64,000 nt of DNA from Vicinamibacterales bacterium (lineage in GTDB: Bacteria; Acidobacteriota; Vicinamibacteria; Vicinamibacterales; UBA8438): contig DASCQF010000139.1 in NCBI GenBank assembly GCA_036012905.1, positions 31,273-95,272 of the forward strand, read 5' to 3'. Position numbers and translations under genes: made by a program. Under the pieces are notes generated by a model. It was not told the origin of the DNA, did not search any database, and saw only the letters and a list, made by a program, of their open reading frames with translations. Each line of letters starts with the position of its first letter. The stretch's first letter is position 1. This document shows positions 49,471-57,502 of the stretch, piece by piece.

Positions 49471-51336
49471 GTGGCTGAGCCTCGCCGCCAATACGCCCGT
49501 CTGGTCGCGTCGCACCTCGTTGCACTGCTCCTGCCAGCCGTCCTGGCGAACGCCCAGACACTCAAATCGAGCGCACCGGTACCCACTGGGCCGGCGAGCG
49601 GCGAGGTGCTGACGACGCGGACCCCGCTGCTGACCGTTCAAAATGCCCAGGGCACTTATGTGTTCGCCCAATTCGTCTATCGTTTCGAGGTCTACGACGC
49701 CGCCCGCGGCACCCTGGAGGCCTCTGGAGTCGTCGGTCAGGGTGATGGGGTCACCGGGTTCCAGCTTTCCAGCCCACTCGACTACGCCGTCACCTACTGG
49801 TGGCGGGCACGCGCCCAGCTCGACGGCGCGGACGGCCCGTGGTCGGCCACTTTCAGCTTCGTCACGCCCGACCCACCGCCACCGCCACCGCCCCCGAGCA
49901 GCCCGCTATCGTTCACCGACATCTCCGTGGCATCTGGCATCGCTCCGTCTGTGCTGGGTGGTCATGGTGTGATGTTCGGAGACGCGACCGGCACCGGCCA
50001 ACCCGACCTGTACATCACGATGAACTTCGGCGACCCACAGGCCGACCTGTTCTTCGTCAACCTCGGGGACGCGACGTTCGACGAATTGGGCACTGCACGA
50101 GGCATCGCGGACTTCGACGTCGGGTCCCATGGCGCCGCTTTCGCCGACATGGACAACGACGGCGACTACGACCTGGTCAACGGCGCGACTGGCGCCGGCG
50201 CGCCGAACAACATCTTCCAGAACGACGGACAGGGTTTCTTCACCGACGCCACCCCGGCGAGCATGGCCGCGCGCGCGGAAGCCACGCGCGGCATGGTCAC
50301 ATTCGATATGGACGGTGACGGCGATCTCGACATCTTCGCCGTGTCAGGCTTCCAGGGCTCTGATGACCCGGCCGGTGAACGCAACGAGCTGTATCGGAAC
50401 AACGGCAATTTGCAGTTCACGGCGATCGAGTCTGGCGCGGCCTACGATGCCGAAGCGGGCCAGGGCGTGACGGACACCGACTACGACGGGGACGGCGACA
50501 TCGATCTGCTCGCGCCAAACGGGAGCGGTCGGCTCATCGTGCTGCGCAACGACGCCGGGGTGTTCACCCAGGTCACCCCGTCTGGGATCGGCATCGACCG
50601 CGACGCGGATAGTGGCATCACGATGGCTGACATCGACACCGATGGCGATCAGGACATGCTGATCGTCGGCGTCGATGCTAGCGACGATCGCGTCGGCTAT
50701 CTGTTTCGCAATGCCGGCAACGGCACGTTCACGCGGCTCCGCGAGTTCGCCGACTTCGAGGGCTTCATGGGCGGTTTCGCCGACCTCGACAACGACCAGG
50801 ATCTCGATCTGGTGTTCGCGGGCGACGACGTGTCGTATCTAAATGATGGCGCCGGCGTGTTCACGCCAGGTCCCGCGGTACCGACGACGGGCATCGACGA
50901 CCCCCGGGCTATCGCCTTCGCCGACATCGACGGAGATGGCGACCTCGACTTCGCGATCGGCGCCAAGCGCAGCAGTAACTGGTTGGTCCGCAACAACGTG
51001 AGCGGTTTGAACTGGCTGAACGTGGTGCTGATCTCACCCCAGGGGCAAGTGGGCGCCTTCGGCACAAAGGTGGCAATTCATCCCGACGGCATGGTCGGGG
51101 CGGGCATGATCGGGATGCGAGAAAGCCGCAGCAACAACGGGTACCTCGGCCAGGATGATCCGACTTTGCACTTCGGCCTCGGTCAGATCGATGCGGTGAC
51201 CGTGATCGCCACATTCCTTGATGGCACGATCCGCACGGTGACCGGCGTCACCGCAAACCAGACCATCATCGTGGACGGACGCACAGCCAACGCGACCGGC
51301 CTCTCCCGCCCAGGCCACGCTGCCCGGACACGGTGA
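49471..51336 (+). CDS. CRTAC1-family FG-GAP/VCBS repeat protein with ASPIC/UnbV C-terminus and an N-terminal YWWRARA module
   Basis: GTG start with a signal peptide. Repeated FxDxDxDGDxDL calcium-type FG-GAP loops (DMDNDGDYDL, DMDGDGDLDI, DYDGDGDIDL, DIDTDGDQDM, DLDNDQDLDL, DIDGDGDLDF). The C-terminus is GYLGQDDPTLHFGLG. The N-terminal ~105 aa share the module found in the two lipoproteins downstream. Confidence 0.85.
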   Translation: MAEPRRQYARLVASHLVALLLPAVLANAQTLKSSAPVPTGPASGEVLTTRTPLLTVQNAQGTYVFAQFVYRFEVYDAARGTLEASGVVGQGDGVTGFQLSSPLDYAVTYWWRARAQLDGADGPWSATFSFVTPDPPPPPPPPSSPLSFTDISVASGIAPSVLGGHGVMFGDATGTGQPDLYITMNFGDPQADLFFVNLGDATFDELGTARGIADFDVGSHGAAFADMDNDGDYDLVNGATGAGAPNNIFQNDGQGFFTDATPASMAARAEATRGMVTFDMDGDGDLDIFAVSGFQGSDDPAGERNELYRNNGNLQFTAIESGAAYDAEAGQGVTDTDYDGDGDIDLLAPNGSGRLIVLRNDAGVFTQVTPSGIGIDRDADSGITMADIDTDGDQDMLIVGVDASDDRVGYLFRNAGNGTFTRLREFADFEGFMGGFADLDNDQDLDLVFAGDDVSYLNDGAGVFTPGPAVPTTGIDDPRAIAFADIDGDGDLDFAIGAKRSSNWLVRNNVSGLNWLNVVLISPQGQVGAFGTKVAIHPDGMVGAGMIGMRESRSNNGYLGQDDPTLHFGLGQIDAVTVIATFLDGTIRTVTGVTANQTIIVDGRTANATGLSRPGHAARTR

Positions 51337-51347
51337 CGCCACACTCC

Positions 51348-51370
51348 AGCCCTCAAGGGGGGGCTTTATC
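51348..51370 (+). terminator. possible intrinsic terminator after the FG-GAP gene
   Basis: AGCCC-TCAAGGGG-GGGCT followed by TTAT, about 12 nt after the stop. The stem is short, so this is tentative. Confidence 0.35.
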
Positions 51371-51490
51371 TCGATCGGCATCAGATATCATTAAGCGTTA
51401 ACGTGAATCTCAACCAGAGCTCGTGAAGACACAACCGGTACGGGCGACGCGCGGATGCTTCCACCGTGCTTTCGCCGGAGGATAGCCGTC

Positions 51491-52714
51491 TTGAAGCTCA
51501 ACAAACTCGTGCTCGTTTTCTTGTGTGTCGCCGGGGTTACCCTGTTCTCGTTCGGGTGCGGCGACGACTCGTCACCGTCGTCTCCGGCAGCCCCCAGCGC
51601 GTTCCCAGCGGCGCTGGCCAGCACGGACTCAGCGGTTGGGGTCTCGGTGCGGAACGCGATCGACACGACGTCGCTCGGCACCGACACGGTTGACTTGAAG
51701 GCGACGGCGGCCACGCCCCTGAGCCCGATCAACAACGTCGAGGTTGACGATTTCACCCCAACGCTTACCGCCGCGAATGCGAGCGGCACGTTCAGAGACG
51801 CGACCTTCTCCTACGTGTTCGCGGTCTTCAACGTCACCGGCGGCGGATCGACATTGGTCGAGACCGCCACCAGGGCGCAGGGCGCGACGTCGACGTCGTT
51901 TCAGATCCAGGCGCCGCTCGAAGGCGATTCGAGCTACCAGTGGCGCGTGCGTCCGTTCCTGGATGGCGCATTTGGACCGTGGTCGACGCTCGCCTCGTTC
52001 ACGACGCCGCCGTCCGTCGTGATCGGATTGCCGGTTCCGACTGCCCCGATCAACGGCGCGACGGTGTCCGATCTTCGTCCGGATTTCAACGTCACCAACG
52101 GCAGCGTCGAGGGCGATGCCGGAACGGTGATCTACCAGATTCAGGTGGCACTCGACAGTGGCTTCTCCAATATCGTCACGGAGGAAGGGACGGAGCTACG
52201 CGCTCAGGGTGACACGAACATACACCTTCGGGCCGATCTGGCCGCAGAAACGCACTATTTCTGGCGCGTCCGGGGACGCAATGACGGCCAGGGCAAGACC
52301 GGGTTCCTGCCCATCGGTCAAGCGACGTCGCAAGTGATAGGTGATTGGAGCACGACGCAGGACTTCTTCACACCGGCGGCGCTCCCGCCCGGACCGACGC
52401 CCTTCTGTTGTCCACCGCCCAATCGGCTGGAGATCGTGCAGCAGGTCGGAGACGAAACCGGCTATCCGGACTCGGGCATCAGCGTGACCGACTTCACCCA
52501 GGCTGTGGCCGAACGTCTCAACCAGGAGGATCCCAATTGGGGACGCCGGATCAACGGCAACGGAAATATCGGAAAGGATACGATCGGTTACCGGGTCGAC
52601 GGGTCGGACGACAATCCGTACAAGGTCGACATTGTCGCGGGCGCGACCAGCTCCAGCCCTGTGCTCCACTGGGCCGGGGAGGGGCGACTCGGAGGCTCGT
52701 GGGTCGCGCCCTGA
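51491..52714 (+). CDS. lipoprotein B: two YxWRxR modules plus a conserved CCPPPNRLEIV C-terminal domain
   Basis: Track ORF starts at ATG 51455, but GGAGGA lies 8 nt upstream of the TTG at 51491. That start gives (M)KLNKLVLVFLCVAGVTLFSFGC, a lipoprotein signal. The C-terminal 102 aa are about 81 percent identical to the paralog at 54882..56411. Confidence 0.75.
   Translation: MKLNKLVLVFLCVAGVTLFSFGCGDDSSPSSPAAPSAFPAALASTDSAVGVSVRNAIDTTSLGTDTVDLKATAATPLSPINNVEVDDFTPTLTAANASGTFRDATFSYVFAVFNVTGGGSTLVETATRAQGATSTSFQIQAPLEGDSSYQWRVRPFLDGAFGPWSTLASFTTPPSVVIGLPVPTAPINGATVSDLRPDFNVTNGSVEGDAGTVIYQIQVALDSGFSNIVTEEGTELRAQGDTNIHLRADLAAETHYFWRVRGRNDGQGKTGFLPIGQATSQVIGDWSTTQDFFTPAALPPGPTPFCCPPPNRLEIVQQVGDETGYPDSGISVTDFTQAVAERLNQEDPNWGRRINGNGNIGKDTIGYRVDGSDDNPYKVDIVAGATSSSPVLHWAGEGRLGGSWVAP
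52403..52714 (+). repeat. arm 1 of a ~310-bp inverted DNA repeat (3' end of the lipoprotein B gene)
   Basis: Reverse complement of 54882-55193. The core CAGGAGGATCCCAAyTGGGGrCGCCGGATCAACGGCAACGGAAAyATCGGmAAGGAyACGATCGGyTACCGGGTCGA...GACAATCCGTACAAGGTCGACAT differs at only a few third-codon positions. Confidence 0.85.
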
Positions 52715-52872
52715 CGGGGCGTGCGGTGGCGGGTCGCTGACTGAGTGAGGTATCCCCGAGCGCGCACCGCTGCGGTCCCTGCCGTCGAGGCTCATCCGTC
52801 TCCGTTCGGCGCAGTCGGATGGTCCCGGATAGACATGCGGATCGTCGTTCCTCCTGACAGACCCGGCTCCAG

Positions 52873-53847
52873 ATGCAGATGATCGGCAGGCTGGTCACCT
52901 CTTTTTGGTTCCGGGCCGGCCTGAGCGCCACGATTCTTGCCATTCTTGTTTCTCAGCTCGACCAACGCGGGGCCATGCGCGCCTTGGTTGGCGTTGATCT
53001 GCGCTATCTCTTCGGAGCGATCGTGGTCGACGCCGCCGCGCGAGCGACTATGATCGCTCGCTGGGCTCTGCTGATTCGATCGAGTGGTGCTCCGATCTCC
53101 GACTGGTCTGTCGCGCGAATTTTCCTCATTACCTCGTTCGTCGGCACTGCCTTACCAGCCGGTGGCGCCGACGTAACTCGGGCCTACTCGCTTGCGCGGC
53201 ACACCGCCAACGGTCGCGAAGCCATCGCGTCGGTCGCGGTGGATCGGCTGCTTGGTGTGTCCGCGCTGCTGACGCTTGGGATCGTGGGTCTCACGCTGGG
53301 AACGCCGGATGCCGAGCTGCCGCTGGCCCGGCTCGTCGCCGGATTGAGCCTAGCGACCGCGGCAGCCTTGTGTGTCTCGTTCTGGGCCGACCGACTGCTT
53401 CGTCTCGCGCTGCCCAAGCGGCTGCAGCGGACACCTCTGGGCCAATGGCTCGTTCGCGTCGCGGATGGTATCGGAGCGTATCGGGGGCGGCGGCGCACCC
53501 TCGCGTCCGTATTCTGCCTGTCGCTGCTGGTCCAGTGGTTGCGAATTATCGGGGTCTTCTTGTTGGGCACTGGTCTCGGCCTCGGCGTGGGGCTTGGCTA
53601 CTACCTCATCTTCATGCCGATCGCCCTGCTGGTGTTCATGCTACCGCTCTCGATCGCCGGTATCGGGTTGCCGCAGGGCGCGATCGTCTGGCTGCTCGGA
53701 CAGATCGGCGTGCCCTACGCGTCGTCATTCGCACTGTCTACGCTCGTGGTCGCGGTGGGCATGCTCGGGACGCTCCCCGGCCTCTGGCTGTATCTGAGCT
53801 CGCGTGGGAAAGAGATGCATGCCGGAAGATCGATTGGCGCACGCTGA
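52873..53847 (+). CDS. UPF0104 / LPG-synthase-TM-like (flippase-like) membrane protein
   Basis: Eight or so TM segments. N-terminal pattern ...ILAILVSQLD....RAL..VDLRYL......D..ARATMIARW..L.... and ...SFVGTALPAGGADVTRAY are typical of the UPF0104 family. Confidence 0.7.
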   Translation: MQMIGRLVTSFWFRAGLSATILAILVSQLDQRGAMRALVGVDLRYLFGAIVVDAAARATMIARWALLIRSSGAPISDWSVARIFLITSFVGTALPAGGADVTRAYSLARHTANGREAIASVAVDRLLGVSALLTLGIVGLTLGTPDAELPLARLVAGLSLATAAALCVSFWADRLLRLALPKRLQRTPLGQWLVRVADGIGAYRGRRRTLASVFCLSLLVQWLRIIGVFLLGTGLGLGVGLGYYLIFMPIALLVFMLPLSIAGIGLPQGAIVWLLGQIGVPYASSFALSTLVVAVGMLGTLPGLWLYLSSRGKEMHAGRSIGAR

Positions 53848-53889
53848 GAACCGGCGCCATGACGCACCGGCAGACCGGTAGCCACGAAC

Positions 53890-54717
53890 ATGGGTTTCGA
53901 CGACAAAGGCACACAGTTCCTGCTGGCTGCACGGAGTCTCGGCGTGTCGTTCGAGCGTACCGCCACAATCGGCCGGCAGCGGCTCGACATTTCGCCTCGT
54001 ATGCTGCGCCGCCGGCTCGCCACATTCGGTACCACGGTGGCCGGGGAAGACATACGGCACCTATTCGACGAGAACGGGTTCGGCGAGCCCTTCCTCCGAC
54101 TGCTGGGGGCCACGCGGACCGAGTCCATCGACGCCTCGGCCTACGAAGGCGCTTCGCGGGTATTGGACCTGAACCAAACCCTGCCGCCAGAGCTCGAAGG
54201 CAGATTCACGGCCGTGATTGACGCCGGCTCGCTCGAGCACGTCTTTGATGTCCAGACCGCCCTCCGGAACTGCATGGCCATGGTCGCACCGGACGGGCAT
54301 TTTCTCTCCATCGCGGCCGCCAACAATATGATGGGTCACGGCTTCTACCAGTTCAGTCCGGAGCTGTTCTATCGAGTCTTTTCGGAAGCCAACGGCTTCA
54401 CGGTCGAGCGGATGCTCGTTACCGGCAAGTCGTCCACCAAGTGGTATGAGGTAGCCGATCCGAAAACCATCGGGACTCGCGTACAGCTCCGCAGCTTCCG
54501 CCCAACCTATCTCTGTGTCTCCGCCCGGAGGGTCGAGATGCGACCGATCCTCGACACGCCACCGCACCAAAGCGACTATGTCACGCGGTGGGCGGGCTCA
54601 GCGGCTCCCCCGGCGCCCGCCCCGAATGCAGTCGCCGCGACGGAGCCACACCCGATGGAGCGTCATGCGCCATACCGGCTGCTGATGGCGGTGACCAGCC
54701 TCTACCACTTGCTGTAG
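53890..54717 (+). CDS. methyltransferase-like protein (degenerate class I fold)
   Basis: RVLDLNQ...RFTAVIDAGSLEHVFD...MVAPDGHFLSI resembles SAM-MTase motifs I, post-I and III, but the glycine-rich loop is not canonical. Confidence 0.5.
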   Translation: MGFDDKGTQFLLAARSLGVSFERTATIGRQRLDISPRMLRRRLATFGTTVAGEDIRHLFDENGFGEPFLRLLGATRTESIDASAYEGASRVLDLNQTLPPELEGRFTAVIDAGSLEHVFDVQTALRNCMAMVAPDGHFLSIAAANNMMGHGFYQFSPELFYRVFSEANGFTVERMLVTGKSSTKWYEVADPKTIGTRVQLRSFRPTYLCVSARRVEMRPILDTPPHQSDYVTRWAGSAAPPAPAPNAVAATEPHPMERHAPYRLLMAVTSLYHLL

Positions 54718-54881
54718 GCCACCTGCCTGCCGTTCGATGGCCGTGCATTCCGACGCGTTGACGTCACCAGGCTTACACGAAGCGGACACCCACCGGGATA
54801 GCGCTCGGCCTCCTTCTGGCCAACGCCAGCCCGCGTCGGGCGTGCGACCTCACGCCTGACATCCGCGGCCGCCGGCTGCCC

Positions 54882-55193
54882 TCAGGGCACGATCCACGTC
54901 CCGCCGATCTGTCCCTCCTCCTCCCAGTGCGGCTGGGGACTGGAGCCACTCGCGCCCGCAACGATGTCGACCTTGTACGGATTGTCGTCCGAGCCATCGA
55001 CCCGGTAGCCGATCGTGTCCTTGCCGATGTTTCCGTTGCCGTTGATCCGGCGCCCCCAGTTGGGATCCTCCTGATGCAGACGCTCTGCGACGGCCTGTGT
55101 GTAGTCGAACACGCTGATGCCTGAATTCGGATACCCGGTCTCCTCCGCAACCTGTAGAACAATCTCCAGCCGGTTGGGTGGTGGACAGCAGCC
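54882..55193 (-). repeat. arm 2 of a ~310-bp inverted DNA repeat (3' end of the lipoprotein C gene)
   Basis: See 52403-52714. The two arms face each other across 2167 bp. Confidence 0.85.
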
Positions 55194-56411
55194 CGGCGTC
55201 GGAGCCGGCCCGCTCGGCGGCGGCGGTGGCGACGGCTCCGGATTCGCGGGCGTTCGAAAGCTCTGCGACGCCGTCCACGGGCTCACGGTCGTCCCGTCGC
55301 CAGCGAACACGCGCCAGTAGAGGGTGCTGTCAGCCGGTAGCAGCGGAGACGTGACGGCAGTCGTACCGCCCGCAGACATCGAGGCCTCGAAGACGGTGAC
55401 GACGCTGTCGACTGCCGGGTCAGTGCCCACGTGGAAGAACAGGCGCACCGGGCCGGCCGGCCCGATCACCAGGCCGTTGGCAACAGTGAAGAGAGGCGGG
55501 TTGGTCGGTGCGAGCGCGCCGCTGATGGGCGACAAGAGCGTCGGCGCGCCAAGCGACACCGGCTGTGGAGGAGCCCGAAACGTGGCCGCGTCCGACCAGG
55601 GCCCCGTAACGGTTCCTTCCTTGCCTTGGGCGATCGCTCTGCTGCGCCAGTAGTGCGGCGTATTCCACGCCAGATCGCCGGTCGTGGCGGTGGTCGCCAC
55701 AGCACCAGCCGGGACCGTCATCGAAGCGACAATGCTGCCGAACCCGGGATCGGTCGAGACCTCGAACTTGCAGGCTACGGACGCCGCCGGTCCCTCAATC
55801 GTCGAATTGGCCGCGACCAGCGTCGCCTTCCGCGTGGCGACCACAACACCACCAAGAGGCGCGGTCGGCGTCGGTTTTCCCACCACAAGCGGTGTGAAGA
55901 CCTCGAATGCCGCGCTGGCCGAGTACGGCCCGGTATTGGCGCCGTCAAGGGCACGGACCCTCCAGTAGTAAGTCTGCTCGGGGTCGAGCTGGGCCGCCAA
56001 TTCGTAGACGTCGGTCGCCTCTCCGCTGGAGACGACCTTTTCCGAAGTCTCCGCCACCTCGGCAAACGCGTCGTCGCGGCCGATCTGAACCTCGTACCAG
56101 AACGGCCGAACGCTGTTCGACGTCGCACCGTTGAACGTCACCTGAATCGGCTGGTCCGCCACCTTGATCAGGAAGCCATCCCTGGGAGCAAGCGCTGTTG
56201 GTGCCGAAATGGTCACACCAACGATGGGGCCGGCGATGGACGGGCTCAGCGGATTACTGCTCTTTTCGCTGTCGCACCCGACGAAACCGGCCACCGAGGC
56301 GAGCAGGACAACGGACCTGGCGGCAGATCTACAATTCTGTGGCGATGTGGGTCCATTGAAGCGGGAACGATTTGGGGTCTCCCGCCATTGCATGTTGGTC
56401 ATTGTGAGCAA
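54882..56411 (-). CDS. lipoprotein C: three YxWRxR modules plus a conserved CCPPPNRLEIV C-terminal domain
   Basis: Lipobox VVLLASVAGFVGC. Start at 56411, 56402 or 56393. Three ~110-aa modules end in YYWRVRA..GP.S....F.TP. The C-terminal domain is paralogous to that of 51491..52714. Confidence 0.8.
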   Translation of the reverse strand: MLTMTNMQWRETPNRSRFNGPTSPQNCRSAARSVVLLASVAGFVGCDSEKSSNPLSPSIAGPIVGVTISAPTALAPRDGFLIKVADQPIQVTFNGATSNSVRPFWYEVQIGRDDAFAEVAETSEKVVSSGEATDVYELAAQLDPEQTYYWRVRALDGANTGPYSASAAFEVFTPLVVGKPTPTAPLGGVVVATRKATLVAANSTIEGPAASVACKFEVSTDPGFGSIVASMTVPAGAVATTATTGDLAWNTPHYWRSRAIAQGKEGTVTGPWSDAATFRAPPQPVSLGAPTLLSPISGALAPTNPPLFTVANGLVIGPAGPVRLFFHVGTDPAVDSVVTVFEASMSAGGTTAVTSPLLPADSTLYWRVFAGDGTTVSPWTASQSFRTPANPEPSPPPPPSGPAPTPGCCPPPNRLEIVLQVAEETGYPNSGISVFDYTQAVAERLHQEDPNWGRRINGNGNIGKDTIGYRVDGSDDNPYKVDIVAGASGSSPQPHWEEEGQIGGTWIVP

Positions 56412-56592
56412 TCCTGTGAACAGTTTCGGTTATTGAGGTAGGCACCAATAGGCCCTCGAGTCACATAACGGAAAAAAGGATCCCGGGAGAGACGTGCTCT
56501 GAGAATGGAGGGTTGGCGACAGTCCGTGGATTAACAGTCTGGTGCGGACACGGAACGGCGGCCTACAAACCAGACCGCGGTCAACACCGTTC

Positions 56593-57399
56593 CTATCTCC
56601 GGCAGAACGCCATCAGATGCCAGCCGAACCGTCGCACCAGCGGTCGCGGGATGGTGTTGAATATTCCCACGAAGAATCGGTTGTAGAACGTACCCTTCCA
56701 GCCAATGTGGAGCCGTGAGCGAACCGGGAAACGCTCCGGCACGATACTGACCTGGCCAAAACCATCCAGCAACCGGCGAAATTCTGGAATCGAGTACTTC
56801 CTCAGCACTGGCGCATCGGCGTGCTCGAGGCTGACACCCATCACGTGGGAGAGCGCGTTCAGCCACGAAACCCGGTTGTAGACCATGAAGATCGCTTCGC
56901 CGCCTGGCTCGAGTACTCGTCGGCACTCCTCGACCATGCGGCGCGCGTCGGCAGTGTACTGAAGCACACCATGGCCGTACACCACCTCAAAGGTGTCGTC
57001 GTCAAAAGGCAGCGCTTCCCCGTTGGCCACCCGTAGATCGGCCCGTCCGCCGAGACCGTGTAGCTCCACGTTCGCCTGGGCCAGATCGATCGAGCGCTGC
57101 GCCAGGTCGACCCCCGTGATGCGGGCACCCCCGCGCACGAACCGGACCAGGTCTGTGCCGATGCCACATCCCACTTCCAGCACGCGCCTATCCCGGTATC
57201 CCCCGAAATCGACGAGCTTGGGCAGATACCGCAACTTATCGAAACGATAATCGTCTAGGTCATTGAAGAATCCCAAGGTCCCGACCTGACGGTCGGTCAT
57301 CTGGAGGTCGTGGATGCGCTCGTTCCAGTAATGCGCTATTGCCTCAATCATGCGTGGCTGCGCTGCCTCGAGGGTCCCACTGAGCCCGTCATTGCTCAT
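56593..57399 (-). CDS. class I SAM-dependent methyltransferase (type 11)
   Basis: VLEVGCGIGTDL motif I, then DDDTFEVVYGHGVLQY and LEPGGEAIFMVYN. Confidence 0.8.
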   Translation of the reverse strand: MSNDGLSGTLEAAQPRMIEAIAHYWNERIHDLQMTDRQVGTLGFFNDLDDYRFDKLRYLPKLVDFGGYRDRRVLEVGCGIGTDLVRFVRGGARITGVDLAQRSIDLAQANVELHGLGGRADLRVANGEALPFDDDTFEVVYGHGVLQYTADARRMVEECRRVLEPGGEAIFMVYNRVSWLNALSHVMGVSLEHADAPVLRKYSIPEFRRLLDGFGQVSIVPERFPVRSRLHIGWKGTFYNRFFVGIFNTIPRPLVRRFGWHLMAFCRR

Positions 57400-57502
57400 G
57401 AAGCCTAGCTGAGCCAGACTACTGACATGATAGTCATCCCGAGGCAGGACTTTGCGTCCGTCTTCCAGCCCCTGCGGGAGTCTCGTCAGCTAGGATAGCG
57501 TC

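Noticed and set aside
49871-49900. A CCG/CCA-rich stretch encoding PPPPPPPP in the FG-GAP protein.
   Set aside because: It is an ordinary proline linker between the N-terminal module and the FG-GAP region, and the same kind of linker occurs in lipoprotein C. It is not an independent DNA repeat of interest.
57443-57456. A sigma-54-like GGCAGG-ACT-TTGCG upstream of glpD.
   Set aside because: The GG-to-GC register is 11 nt, one short, and the -24 element is poor.
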